NCBI GenBank assembly: GCA_948468535.1
Contig: CAOKIL010000001.1
Span: forward strand, 23,422 to 87,421
Direction of reading: 5' to 3'
DNA from: an uncultured Eubacteriales bacterium
GTDB lineage: Bacteria > Bacillota > Clostridia > Monoglobales > Monoglobaceae
Length of the DNA: 64,000 bases
Shown: positions 31,543 to 42,891 of the stretch, piece by piece
How the letters are laid out: every line of letters begins with the position of its first letter
Numbering within the stretch: the stretch's first letter is position 1
Program-made: the position numbers and the translations under genes
The notes under the pieces: model-generated
What the model was told of the DNA's origin: nothing
What the model saw: only the letters and a program-made list of their open reading frames with translations
The model's database searches: none

Positions 31543-33381
31543 TTAATCAGAAATCACGATTGTTGCAACAAAATAGCCTGTTGAATCACTACCTGTCGCT
31601 GTTATATTTGAACCTGCAACAATTTCCTTAGCGGTAATTGTCTTACCTGTTGAAGCCTTAAGGAATGAGGTTTTTGAATCATAGTATATAGTATCTGTTG
31701 CGCCTGATTCAACCTTAACAGTAATCACCTTTAACGTTGTGTTAATACTTATTACTTTACCCATTATGTTTGTTCTGCCGATTGACGTGGTTGCGCTCGA
31801 TTCAATACTTGCAACATTGCTGCCGTCAAGTTTAACTGTTGCTGCATTATTAGGTCTTAAATCATATATTGTTGCGTCTGAACCATTAACTTTAACTTTC
31901 GTGTTTGAAGTTAAATTATATACATTTTCCTGATTATTGATTTTTAGCTTAATCGTAGGATTGCTGCTAAGTGTAATTTCAATAATTGTGCCTGTCGCAT
32001 CGGACGATTTACTTGTTGCAGCGATTGATACTACCTTGCCGTATTCAAGTTCAACTTTTACAGCATCATCAACTGCCAAATCACGCAGATTTGAATTAAC
32101 GCCGTTTCTTGTAACAGCCAGCGTATTGGAAGTAACCATATATGAAACATTATCGTTATCTTCTTTAACAGTTATATATGTGCGGTCATCTTCATCTGTA
32201 TAATATCTGACAAAAGTTCCTGTAGTTTCGCTGTCTCTGTTTTCAATATAACACTCAGTGATTCTGTCTCCGCTGAGAACCAGTCTTACAAAATTATTGT
32301 TCTTTATATCTCCAAACGCGCCTCTTGAACCTTTATTATAGAACTTACAGTTTGAAGAAAAAGTATATGTTCCCTGACTTGATGTATCCTCGGCATCTCT
32401 AATCGTAATTCTCTGTCCGTTTGAATTATCGCTTGTCTGAACCACGATACCATAAAGCGTTGACACACTTGCCGCTGGAATAGCTTCTATTAATCTGACA
32501 GTGTCAAATGTTATCGTTACCATTATATCGCTGCCGGCTGAAATATTCTTAAACTCACCGTCAGCGCCGTTTAGCTTTACTATTACATCCTCTTGGATAT
32601 CAAACTTAACTTCTTCACCGTCTGCTGAGTCAGTCATAGCAAGCTTATTTGCATCGACATCTGCCGAAACAACTGTACCTATAACTGTTTCCTGACCCAT
32701 TTTTTCAATTATACGATTTAGCAATGTTGCCATCTGAGCACGGGTAAGCGTTGTCTCAGGTGAAAAGTATGACTTGCCGTTATCATCATTACCCATACCG
32801 TTCATCAGTCCGAGTTCTGTTGCACATGCAACGTAACTGCGTGCTTTTTCAGGAATTGACGCATAGTCTGAATATGCACTTGATGACAGAGCTATATTTT
32901 CAGCTTCTGCCTCTTTGCCCGCAAGCTTAACCATGAGATATGCTGCCTGCCATCTCATAAGCGGTGAATCCGCATTTGCCGAAGAAGCATAATCGCGAAG
33001 GTCGGACACATTAAGTACATTAAAATACATAAGGAAGCTAAGCTCGTCCACATACGTTGTATTAATCGCATTAACGGTAGCAGAATAAGCCGAATTTGCC
33101 CAATCTACCGTCTGCTCATAATCCTTATCCTCAACACCCAAAATTCTTGACATAAGGATAAGAGTTTCAACCTTTGAGACAGCTTTTGTCGGCTTGAAAG
33201 TGCCATCGTCATAGCCCTTTATATAACCCTTGTCAGTCATTTGGTTAATAGCGTCTTTTGCCCATGAAACACCCGCGTCATTTTCAACATCCGGAAAACT
33301 AAGAGCAAATGCCGAAAAACTCAGCATTGACGCCATAACAGTACCGCACAACATCGCTGAAATCAATCTTTTAATTTTCAT
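31543..33381 (-). CDS. S-layer homology (SLH) domain surface protein
   Basis: Signal peptide, FPDV..WA, IKGYDDGTFKP, LTRAQMA; beta-rich C-terminal repeats; AGGAGG RBS. Confidence 0.88.
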   Translation of the reverse strand: MKIKRLISAMLCGTVMASMLSFSAFALSFPDVENDAGVSWAKDAINQMTDKGYIKGYDDGTFKPTKAVSKVETLILMSRILGVEDKDYEQTVDWANSAYSATVNAINTTYVDELSFLMYFNVLNVSDLRDYASSANADSPLMRWQAAYLMVKLAGKEAEAENIALSSSAYSDYASIPEKARSYVACATELGLMNGMGNDDNGKSYFSPETTLTRAQMATLLNRIIEKMGQETVIGTVVSADVDANKLAMTDSADGEEVKFDIQEDVIVKLNGADGEFKNISAGSDIMVTITFDTVRLIEAIPAASVSTLYGIVVQTSDNSNGQRITIRDAEDTSSQGTYTFSSNCKFYNKGSRGAFGDIKNNNFVRLVLSGDRITECYIENRDSETTGTFVRYYTDEDDRTYITVKEDNDNVSYMVTSNTLAVTRNGVNSNLRDLAVDDAVKVELEYGKVVSIAATSKSSDATGTIIEITLSSNPTIKLKINNQENVYNLTSNTKVKVNGSDATIYDLRPNNAATVKLDGSNVASIESSATTSIGRTNIMGKVISINTTLKVITVKVESGATDTIYYDSKTSFLKASTGKTITAKEIVAGSNITATGSDSTGYFVATIVISD

Positions 33382-33652
33382 ATTTAACCTCCTGTTTATA
33401 TGTGATAACACATTATGTTGTTAATCATCTGCTTTAAATATACCATACATACTTTGAGAATTCAACTATCAATTATTTAAAACATTGATTTTTTTTTTAC
33501 AATTCTGTAACAAAATTGAATTACTGAAATAAAAAACCAAATTATAAGTTTTATGTCTGTATTCCCAGAAACTTGACCGTGTAATTTTTAAACCCGCGCA
33601 AATACTACTTTTGTAAAAAAATCAAATATCATGATTTTTAGGAGGATAAAAA

Positions 33653-36541
33653 ATGAAAAAAACTTTCATTTCCTTTATTGTGGCACTGAGCGTAACTGTA
33701 TATTCACTTTGCGGATTTTCAGTGTTTGCAGATGCCACGCCCAATGAGGACACAGCATTGCCGCCGGGTACCTTAAACTCAGGCAGCAGTACAAACTTAA
33801 CTAATAACACTGTACCGAGCATAACCGGAAATCCGCAGGACGTAATCTTACGTTCTTTTGACGGCACAAATGCAGACGGTACTCTTGATACCGCAAAAGG
33901 TATCAGCACAAACCTAATAGAAAACAGTTCTAAATACAATGGTATGGCCACAGAACCTCTTGGCATAGATATGACTAGGTCAAGATACAGCTCTACACGA
34001 GTTGCACTGTCTCCGGATATTGCAGACACAAAATATGCGGAAGCAGCTGAACTCCTGGGAGCTCTCGGAATCATGGTCGGTGATGCCGAATCAGGCGCAT
34101 TCAGACCTGACGACCCGATACTCAGAAGTGAGATGGCAAAAGTAGCTGTATATTCTATTGGACTGGAAGACATCGTAAAAAGTTCCAACGGAACAACAAA
34201 ATTCCCTGACGTTTCATCAGACCACTGGGCAACAGGCGCAATCAATGTAGCTGACCAACAAGGTCTTGTTGTCGGTGACTCTGAAGGAACATTCAGACCT
34301 GACGACAGCGTAACATTCGAGGAAGCGGTTACAATAATAGTCCGCGCACTCGGATATGAACCGGCAGCACAAGACAAGGGCGGATATCCTACAGGATATA
34401 TGTCAGTCGCTTCACAGAAGCAGCTTCTTAAAGGTATAGACGCAGCTTCTGCACAGCCGGCAAAGAGAGGCGATATAGCACAGCTCGTGTTTAACGCCAT
34501 GACAGTTAACCTTATGGAGCAGGTAGGTTACGGTTCTTCAGTTTCATATGAAGAAGTCGACAAGACATTGCTCTATGACAGACTTAACGTTGAAAAGGCA
34601 TTCGGACAGATTACCGCAACAGATGAGACTTCTCTTGAAGGCGGTTCAACAACCGGAGACAACAAGATTCAAATCAACAGCGAAACTTATCTAAAGGGCG
34701 ATACAAACGCAAACCAGCTTCTCGGTTACAACGTCCTTTACTATGCAAGAATCGACAAAACAACAGACGAAAAGACATTAATACTCGTTAAACCTCAAGA
34801 AAACAAAAATAACAGTCTTGTTCTAAACTCAGCCGATATAGTTGACGTAACAGGTGAAGAAACTGCAAACAAAACAGTTGAATACTGGGCTGACCGACAG
34901 AACGACAGAAGAACAAAAACGGCATCTATAATTTCAGACGCAACCTATATCTATAACGGTAAGCACAAGACAGGTATAACAAACGAAGACTTAAAACCGG
35001 TAAGCGGTAACCTTGTTCTGCTTGATGCAAACATGGATAACATCTATGAAATTGTATTTGTAAACCACTTCACAAACCTTGTTGTTGATACGGTTTCAGA
35101 AATAACAGGCAGAGTAACAGACAAGTACCTGAACGGTTCACTTGTATTTGACAACGACAATAACCCCGACGTAAAATATTCAATTATCAAAAACGGTGAA
35201 GAAATCAACGTAACAGACCTCCAAGAATGGAATGTAATTTCTTATACAATCAGTGATGACAAGAACCTTATAAAAGCATATGTATCTGACGCATCAATCA
35301 CAGGTACCGTAAACGAGATTTCCGAGGACGGCTACAGAATCGGCGACAGTGAAGTAATGTATGAAAAGGCAGAAAGTTATCCGAATGAAATCAAACTCCG
35401 TGACAGAGGAACATTCTATCTTGATATAGAAGACAAGATTGCGGCAGTTAACACAAAAGCAACCAACGAATCAGCAATAACAACCAACTACGCATACTTG
35501 GTAGATGCGGCAATGAAAACCGACTTTGATAAAACAGCACAGTTTAAGCTATTCACCAAAGAGGGTACAACCGCAGTACTGAGCAGTGCATCAAAGATGA
35601 GAATAAACGAGGACTACGCACAAGCGCCTGAGGACGTAATAGCACAGCTCACTTCAAACGGAAGCGTGACACCGCAGCTTATTATCTATGAGACAAACAG
35701 CGATGGTAACGTAACTGCAATAGAAACTGCAAAGAACGGCACAGATACAGGTGCGCCGAATACCGCAGAGTTCACTATGAACATCAAGAAGAACGACATG
35801 ATATACAAGCGTGCTTCAGGTAAGCTCGGCAATGTCGGTGTAGGCGAGGACACAATTATCTTTGACATCCCGGCAAGCGCAGGAGATGACACAGATAAAT
35901 ATGCAATCCGTAATCAGTCAACATTGTCAAACGATTCGTCATATGACGCTATAATCTATGACCTCCAAGATAACTATATGGCGAACGCTATAATTATCAC
36001 AAGCTCGACAGGTATAACAAATGCTGAATCACCGATTACAGTAGTTAACTTCATCGCTGAGACACAAAACGAGGACTTTGAATATACCGATAAGCTCTAC
36101 GGCTTCAGCGAAGGAAAAGAAATAGAACTGATGGCTGCAGATAAGAGTGTATTCAGAAAGACCGGAAACACAGCGCTTAAAGCAGGAGATATTATTCAGT
36201 ATAAGACAGACGCAAAAGGTAATGTTGACGGTATAACTCTGCTGTTTAACTCTGCAAATAAAACAGAAGAGTTTATGACAGAGGTAACATCTGACCTTAC
36301 AACAGTATACGGTCGCGCAACAAAGAAATTCAGCGGCAGCGTAAATGTCCAGGTTGACGATGAAACTTACAACTTTGCAACAGGTGATGCAATAGTTTAT
36401 ATGTATGATTCATCAAAGAGCAAGAATTCAATTTCAATAGTATCAGCAGCTGATATTGAACTTTACGAAAAGGATAATGAAGCAAGACTCTTTGTAAAAA
36501 TCTATCAGGACGAAGTACAGGAAATGGTAATAGTGAAATAA
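33653..36541 (+). CDS. Large SLH-domain protein, probable major S-layer protein
   Basis: Signal peptide; SLH motifs FRPDDPILRSE, FPDVSSDHWA, KRGDIA; visibly skewed ACA/GCA/AAC/GAC codon use. Confidence 0.88.
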   Translation: MKKTFISFIVALSVTVYSLCGFSVFADATPNEDTALPPGTLNSGSSTNLTNNTVPSITGNPQDVILRSFDGTNADGTLDTAKGISTNLIENSSKYNGMATEPLGIDMTRSRYSSTRVALSPDIADTKYAEAAELLGALGIMVGDAESGAFRPDDPILRSEMAKVAVYSIGLEDIVKSSNGTTKFPDVSSDHWATGAINVADQQGLVVGDSEGTFRPDDSVTFEEAVTIIVRALGYEPAAQDKGGYPTGYMSVASQKQLLKGIDAASAQPAKRGDIAQLVFNAMTVNLMEQVGYGSSVSYEEVDKTLLYDRLNVEKAFGQITATDETSLEGGSTTGDNKIQINSETYLKGDTNANQLLGYNVLYYARIDKTTDEKTLILVKPQENKNNSLVLNSADIVDVTGEETANKTVEYWADRQNDRRTKTASIISDATYIYNGKHKTGITNEDLKPVSGNLVLLDANMDNIYEIVFVNHFTNLVVDTVSEITGRVTDKYLNGSLVFDNDNNPDVKYSIIKNGEEINVTDLQEWNVISYTISDDKNLIKAYVSDASITGTVNEISEDGYRIGDSEVMYEKAESYPNEIKLRDRGTFYLDIEDKIAAVNTKATNESAITTNYAYLVDAAMKTDFDKTAQFKLFTKEGTTAVLSSASKMRINEDYAQAPEDVIAQLTSNGSVTPQLIIYETNSDGNVTAIETAKNGTDTGAPNTAEFTMNIKKNDMIYKRASGKLGNVGVGEDTIIFDIPASAGDDTDKYAIRNQSTLSNDSSYDAIIYDLQDNYMANAIIITSSTGITNAESPITVVNFIAETQNEDFEYTDKLYGFSEGKEIELMAADKSVFRKTGNTALKAGDIIQYKTDAKGNVDGITLLFNSANKTEEFMTEVTSDLTTVYGRATKKFSGSVNVQVDDETYNFATGDAIVYMYDSSKSKNSISIVSAADIELYEKDNEARLFVKIYQDEVQEMVIVK

Positions 36542-36560
36542 TACTGTTTCTTAAGCAAAC

Positions 36561-36590
36561 TAATGGGGCTATTAATTGATAGCCCCATTA
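36561..36590. terminator. Intrinsic terminator
   Basis: TAATGGGGCTAT..ATAGCCCCATTA hairpin between convergent genes. Confidence 0.75.
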
Positions 36591-36626
36591 GCGTTTATAT
36601 ATTTTGCAACTTCTTATTAATAAAAT

Positions 36627-37496
36627 TTAAAACTGAATATGCTGCATTGTTTTATCCTCATATGTTTTCAAATAGTCAAATATTTTGTTATTATCCGATA
36701 CAATATTATTGTCTCTGCACACTGTTTTAAAAATTTTCATAAGCTGTTTGTTGTTTGGGCTTTGTATTTCATAGGCGTTTCCATAAACCGAAATATATTT
36801 TTCTTTTAAATTAAGATGTGCAAAATATTTGTCAAGATTTTTATAAAAATATTCACGGCTTCCCTCTCTTGCGGTAGTACCAAATCCGAAGCATATGATA
36901 CCGTAAACACCTGCATCTATACAATAATTAAGAATTCCGCGAAGGTTTTTCTCTGTATCGTTGATAAACGGAAGAATAGGAGTCAGCCAAACCACAGTTG
37001 GTATACCGTTATCTTTAAAAACTTTCAGAGCTTCAAAACGCTCCTGCGTAGTTGACACATTCGGTTCGATAATTTTGCTTAAATCTTCATCATATGTAGT
37101 TAGTGTCATTTGCACAACGCATTTTGACTTATCATTTATACTTTTCAGAACATCCAAATCCTGAAGTATTCGGGTTGATTTGGTAAGTATCGATACTCCG
37201 AATCCCAGCTCATCAATGACTTCAAGACATTGTCTTGTATATCTAAGTTCACTCTCAAGATGAATATACGGATCGCACATTGCACCGGTGCCTATCATGC
37301 ACTTTTTTCTCTTTTTGATAAGTGTGTTACGCAAAAGCTTCGGCGCGTTTCTTTTAACTTCAATATCCTCAAACTCATGCTGCATACTATAACATAAACT
37401 TCTGGAATCGCAATATATACAGCCGTGCGTACATCCACGGTAAATATTAATTCCGTTATTTGTAGAAAGAATAGATTTTGGATCTGAAAAATGCAT
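36627..37496 (-). CDS. Radical SAM protein (SplB-like family)
   Basis: YRGCTHGCIYCD CxxxCxxC motif; DPY, TKS. Confidence 0.88.
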   Translation of the reverse strand: MHFSDPKSILSTNNGINIYRGCTHGCIYCDSRSLCYSMQHEFEDIEVKRNAPKLLRNTLIKKRKKCMIGTGAMCDPYIHLESELRYTRQCLEVIDELGFGVSILTKSTRILQDLDVLKSINDKSKCVVQMTLTTYDEDLSKIIEPNVSTTQERFEALKVFKDNGIPTVVWLTPILPFINDTEKNLRGILNYCIDAGVYGIICFGFGTTAREGSREYFYKNLDKYFAHLNLKEKYISVYGNAYEIQSPNNKQLMKIFKTVCRDNNIVSDNNKIFDYLKTYEDKTMQHIQF

Positions 37497-37995
37497 GTAG
37501 AATCACCTTTTTTATTTAATGCTGCTCTATCCCTGTTTTACAACAACTCCGTTATTAAATATAATACTGTATGTATATAGGTCTATACAAAAAACTATAG
37601 TTTATAGAATTTTTCCAAGAATTAATCTTCATAAGTTGTAATCTTTTTTCTCATAGTTTTTCGCTCCATTTTACAATAATTACTTATTTTATTATATCAC
37701 AAAAAAATAAGCAATTGCAATTTAAAATCGAATAATATTCTATTTTTTTTAAAACAAAACCTCTGATGTGACAATTTGGCTGTCAGCTTTATGTGCAGCA
37801 GGCACACCTTTTCACAAAAAGGTAGTAACGAGTCAAAAGCGTAATGAGCGCGCTTGCAAGTGAATAGCTGATGCGAATGTGCCTTTTTGTAAAATATGAG
37901 GAACAAGGGCTCGTGTTACTGATTTTCGCTGTTTGTTATACAACCTTATCTAAATTAAAGACAGAGCGTTTTAAAACGCTCTGTCTTTAATTATT

Positions 37996-40590
37996 TTATG
38001 CCACCGGGCATAGAGGCTTCATATCATTAATGTTGTTCCAGAATAATACTTTTATGGTGTCTGAATCGCTGTCATCAAAGTTGTCAGGCCTTTCAATAAG
38101 TTCAGTTCCCGGCTTATCAAATACAACATTTTCTGATTTTACGCATTTCAACATACCATCCTTATACGCCACAAAAATCACACAATATGTTCCGCTTGTA
38201 GGAGAAGTTACTGTTGCACTTCCATCTTCGTTAAGAGTAATGCTGTAATTTTCCGACATTTCCTCGTATATTGCGTAAACTGTTATATCATCAGAAATTG
38301 GAGTTTGTTTAGTAAACTCTTCGCCATCGATTGCTTTTGTTAACGACCATTTTTTGAACAAGTATTTATCAGATACAGGAGCAATAGGCAAATCAATATT
38401 ATTAATTGAATTTGCATAAGACACAGCATACTCCGGATTGTTTTCTGTTGCAAAGGTTACCTTATAAACCGTTTTATCATTGTTGTTTGTCAATTTAGGA
38501 TAGCCTTCTCCTACTGTTTGACCCCATACTTGTATAATATTTTCATTATCATCTTTATTTGTCTGAGCAGATTGTAAAAGATATGTAATTTCACCGTTAT
38601 TAAACGAGTCTGTCGGCTTGCCTGTTACGCCATTTGTAGTATCTTCAACTATATATACTGTATTGTCATAATAGCAGTTAGTGACTGTACCATCATTATG
38701 TCCCACAATACTTCCGACATATTCGCCGCCGGTAACGGAATCAATATTATAACAGTTAGCGATTGTGCCTTTATTATATCCTGCAATACCGCCAACATAT
38801 CTATTACCTGAAACAGCATTTTTGTTACAGCAATTTTCTACAGTACCTTCATTATACTTGACAACACCTCCGATATAATCGTCATCATAAGAGGTATTAT
38901 CACTACATAAGCTTATTGCTGATTTGCTGTCAGCTTCACTGTTTGAAATGTTCAGATTTTTTATTGTTCCGTTGCTATATCCAAATATGTTCTGATTTAA
39001 ACCGCTTATTGCATGTCCCTTGCCGTCAAAAATACCGGAAAACTTATTTGTTTCAGTACCAATCGGCTCCCATGTATTATCTTCTATGTTAATATCGGAC
39101 ATATCAATATCATTTTCAAGCTCAAAGAATGTATCTTTGCCTCCACCTGCATTTATACAATTTCTGAGCGTCATTAATGCTGAAGCGTCAGAAATAAGAT
39201 ATGGACTCTCTTTTGTGCCGCTTCCTGTAATACCGGCTTCCGGCATTGACTTAAACACCGGTCTGCCAATAAGCGCATTCATTTCCCATATATCATTAAA
39301 ATCCCAGTTGGTAAATGTAGTAATTTGTGAAAAGGCATTTCTATCTATGCTTGAACCATCTCCTGCCGCTCCGCATGTGTCTATGTAGTAACAGTTTTCT
39401 GTTGTGCCAGCTACACCTGAAGAATTTTGGTTATTGGTTCCGACTGCTCCGCCGATATAATCACCACTACATGAAACAGAACCAACATTATAACAATTTG
39501 TTAATACCTTATGATTATCGCCAACTACACCTCCTGATGTATAAGTGCTTGTAACATTGCCTGTGTTATAACAATTTGTTATTGTACCATAGTTACTTGC
39601 AGCTATTCCTCCGGCTCTATCATATTCGCCGCTGCCCGAAACAGAACCGGTATTATAGCAATTTTCTATGGTATTACCCATATTAGTTGAAACTATGCCG
39701 CCAACCTGATTGCCTGAAATAGAACCGGTATTATAACAGTTCATAACATTAGTTTTAGAAGTACGTCCAACTATACCGCCAACCTGACTTCCTGTTACTG
39801 TTCCGATATTATGACAGTTTGTTATATTAGAATCATTACTTACTCCAACTATACCGCCTACATAGTTACCCGTAATTGTACCGGAGTTAGAACAATTTGT
39901 TATTGTTCCGCAAGAACTATATCCAACCACACCGCCATGCCAGTATTTATGCCTTCCCGTAACATCACCGAAGTTGTGGCAGTTTTCTATTGTTCCGTGA
40001 TTATTTTCGCCTACTACACCGCCAGTACCTTCATCATCTCCTATAACAGAAACAAAGCTGCGGCAGTTATTTAATGTACCGCTGTTAAATGCAACGATAC
40101 CCCCGACATATTCCTTGCCGGTAACAGTTCCTCTGACATTAAGATTTTTAATCGTTCCTGAACTAACGCCAAATAAACCTCGATAATCTGCATCATTATT
40201 TATAGGCGCTTGATAGTCTTCACATTCTTGGTTTATATATAAACCGCTTATAGTATGATTATTGCCGTCAAATGTGCCTTGAAAATATTTCACATCAACA
40301 TGCGAAATATGTGTAGACCCTGTTTCATCTTTTTCGGCACTTCTTATCCATCTTCCGATAGGTGTCCATTGATTATTTTCGCTTCCGCCCAAATCAATAT
40401 CTGCTGTAAGAACTATATTTTTGCCTTCATATGTATTACCATTGTTTACATCATCGCGGAAAGCTTCAAACTCTGCAAGGGTAGAAATTTCCAAATCTGC
40501 CGCATCAGCTAAAGCTGTAGTTGTTAATAACGACATCAGAGCGAACATCATGCTGACTACCGTTATCAACGAAATTACTTTTCTTTTCAT
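37996..40590 (-). CDS. Secreted/surface protein with GLUG-type beta-solenoid repeats
   Basis: Signal peptide MKRKVIS; LTADIDL..WTPIG..FDGNNHTISGL twice; many NCYNTGSV..VGGIVG repeats. Confidence 0.85.
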   Translation of the reverse strand: MKRKVISLITVVSMMFALMSLLTTTALADAADLEISTLAEFEAFRDDVNNGNTYEGKNIVLTADIDLGGSENNQWTPIGRWIRSAEKDETGSTHISHVDVKYFQGTFDGNNHTISGLYINQECEDYQAPINNDADYRGLFGVSSGTIKNLNVRGTVTGKEYVGGIVAFNSGTLNNCRSFVSVIGDDEGTGGVVGENNHGTIENCHNFGDVTGRHKYWHGGVVGYSSCGTITNCSNSGTITGNYVGGIVGVSNDSNITNCHNIGTVTGSQVGGIVGRTSKTNVMNCYNTGSISGNQVGGIVSTNMGNTIENCYNTGSVSGSGEYDRAGGIAASNYGTITNCYNTGNVTSTYTSGGVVGDNHKVLTNCYNVGSVSCSGDYIGGAVGTNNQNSSGVAGTTENCYYIDTCGAAGDGSSIDRNAFSQITTFTNWDFNDIWEMNALIGRPVFKSMPEAGITGSGTKESPYLISDASALMTLRNCINAGGGKDTFFELENDIDMSDINIEDNTWEPIGTETNKFSGIFDGKGHAISGLNQNIFGYSNGTIKNLNISNSEADSKSAISLCSDNTSYDDDYIGGVVKYNEGTVENCCNKNAVSGNRYVGGIAGYNKGTIANCYNIDSVTGGEYVGSIVGHNDGTVTNCYYDNTVYIVEDTTNGVTGKPTDSFNNGEITYLLQSAQTNKDDNENIIQVWGQTVGEGYPKLTNNNDKTVYKVTFATENNPEYAVSYANSINNIDLPIAPVSDKYLFKKWSLTKAIDGEEFTKQTPISDDITVYAIYEEMSENYSITLNEDGSATVTSPTSGTYCVIFVAYKDGMLKCVKSENVVFDKPGTELIERPDNFDDSDSDTIKVLFWNNINDMKPLCPVA

Positions 40591-40995
40591 AATTATTCCC
40601 TCCATCTGAAAAAATATAGTATAAATCACCAAATATATTATATTATAAAACAATGTATCTGTCAACAATAAAAAACAATATAATAAAAAATATCTAATTT
40701 TTATTGTCATCTTGTTGATGTTTTTACTAAATATATTAATAGCTGATTATACTACCCCACATATTTTTTAGACACCCTTATGCGATAAATTTATATTATG
40801 CAGAAGTAGATATTAAAACTGCACAATATTTGTTAGGATATTCTAACATGCAAATAAAACCGGAAATATATACATACATTGTTAATAGAAGATTATAGAT
40901 ATCGAAAATAAACTTAACAAATATTTTTATAAAAAATTGTATGATAGTCAAAATATAGTAAAACCCAAAAAAATGGAACAAAAACGAAAATAGTA

Positions 40996-41029
40996 AAAGC
41001 TCCGTAATCAACGTAATTACGGAGCTTTT
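40996..41029 (-). terminator. Likely original terminator of the tRNA-Lys locus, displaced by the insertion
   Basis: AAAAGCTCCGTAAT..ATTACGGAGCTTTT hairpin immediately beyond the duplicated tRNA 3' half. Confidence 0.7.
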
Positions 41030-41489
41030 CTCTGGTACACCTTCGGGGATTCGAACCCCGGACACCCTGATTAAGAGCGAAAGAAGTCATATTTTAATTC
41101 TGTTTAAATGAATTTTACTGACATTATCTTATACCGCAAAAAAGCGCATACTGCCGCTGTTTGTCAATAACTTTAATGAGAATATGTCGTGATTTCAGTA
41201 AATTATAAAACAACGATTATAACAACCAAATGTTAGACAAGTGTTAGATAGTCCGCTATAATTTTATGACTTGCTTTGAATATACAGTAGCTTGTATACT
41301 GAAAGCAATTTATAATTTTTAAAATGTATACTTCAAAATACTGACCCCCCTTTACGGTAATAAGTGTAAGGCGTTGCCGACACGCACCGTACAACAGGGT
41401 GTACCCTTTACGGCTAAAAACACAACGCACAACGAAATAACATTACGAAAGATTATTTTATAGCATACACTAACGAAAGGAGTTTAACA

Positions 41490-41708
41490 GTGAATTTAAC
41501 AAACCTTGAAAAAGAAACAATAATTTTATTTAACGAAGCCGAAAAAGAAGCAGAAGTCTTTACATATAATGGACGATTAATAAGACAGATTAACAACTTA
41601 ATTAAAAAATTCCCTGATAGATTTCGACTTAAAAGTGATAATGGTGACGGTGGATTAACTTTTATAGTTCCAAAACAGAGAGTTTATATTACTACACCTT
41701 TGAAATAA
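41490..41708 (+). CDS. Small hypothetical protein
   Basis: AAAGGAG RBS, GTG start, 72 aa. Confidence 0.6.
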   Translation: MNLTNLEKETIILFNEAEKEAEVFTYNGRLIRQINNLIKKFPDRFRLKSDNGDGGLTFIVPKQRVYITTPLK

Positions 41709-41829
41709 TGTTTTTACTCCCTGAAACGTATCAGGGAACACGCTTAGAGCATAAACAAAATTTAGGTAATATAAGAACCTACCTAAAATTTATGATATGA
41801 ATAATAGCACGGTGAGAAAGGGTGATAAG

Positions 41830-42015
41830 ATGATTATATCAAACGGAGATTTTATTCACGGTTGTGAATGTTGCGGCAATGGCGCTTTAGTAGCGTCAGA
41901 GATAACACTGAAATTTAATTATGGGAGTAAATATGACGGCGAAGAATTAACGCTAAACATATGCGGCGACTGTGCCGATAAGATTTATAATTTTATCCAA
42001 AATGAAAACGTCTAA
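41830..42015 (+). CDS. Small Zn-finger-like phage protein
   Basis: CECCG..YGSKYDG..ICGDC. Confidence 0.55.
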   Translation: MIISNGDFIHGCECCGNGALVASEITLKFNYGSKYDGEELTLNICGDCADKIYNFIQNENV

Positions 42016-42425
42016 AATATTATCAAGCATGTAATATTCTTACGATTATTTTTTAAAATACAACTTTGAGGTTGTAAAAATTTTTAAGGATGCCGTAGTG
42101 GTGCGGGTTAGCGAGGTCGTTCTGAAAGAGAAAAACCATCTTGTTACTTTGTATAATAAGAGCTAATTAATCTTGACACTCGAACAAACAAGTAATGTAT
42201 TTTATTCTCGTGATAATACCAAGCTACATTGTGAGTAACGAGAAATTTTTTATCCAATAAGATAACGAGTTCGGAATAAGTGTGTATGAGCCTGTCAATA
42301 AAATAATAATACATATTAATTGCGAGTTACCGTAGGACGAAAGCAACAGAGCATTGACCGAACGAGTTAATATAAATAATTATCCAAAAAATAAAAATTT
42401 AAATATATGAAAGTGTGGTGAGATA

Positions 42426-42782
42426 ATGAAAGAAAAGAGTAGACCTATAGCAAAAACTGTTGACGATTTTATAGAAGAGGCTAACAGTGTCGGAGGTGGA
42501 AGATATACAATCGGTGTAAGCGAAGCAGGGGAGCCTGTCGGAAACATACATATTGATATCTATTTTTATTTAGTTCGCTGGATATATTTTGATTTAGGAA
42601 CAACACATGTTAAATCCCTGCATTTTCTTACAGGTAATGAAACAAATATACGGTTGAACAATGTACATGGCGTTGAGTTATTGGGCGAAAGATATGACGG
42701 TCGTAGAACATACGCTGTCTATGCTGGAGATACAAATGAAAGATTTGTATTTCACTTAAATGTTTTAGAAGAAACAAATTAA
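42426..42782 (+). CDS. Hypothetical phage protein
   Basis: 118-aa ORF with RBS-like GTGGTGA. Confidence 0.5.
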   Translation: MKEKSRPIAKTVDDFIEEANSVGGGRYTIGVSEAGEPVGNIHIDIYFYLVRWIYFDLGTTHVKSLHFLTGNETNIRLNNVHGVELLGERYDGRRTYAVYAGDTNERFVFHLNVLEETN

Positions 42783-42891
42783 ATTTTCAAATTATAAGGA
42801 GGAATATATATATTGAATTATGTACAATATTTAAACAATCAAACGCTGTTAATTGGAGCGGATTTAAGGGCAGAATTTTGGAGGTGATAAC

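Noticed and set aside
33622-34500. 292-aa minus-strand ORF
   Set aside because: Antisense shadow of the codon-biased SLH gene; no motifs.
39380-40120. DNA tandem repeats in the GLUG gene
   Set aside because: Explained by ordinary protein solenoid repeats.
40796-41077. 89-aa ORF and apparent extra tRNA at 41032-41077
   Set aside because: Only the 3' half of tRNA-Lys (att duplicate); the ORF is AT-rich noise running from it.
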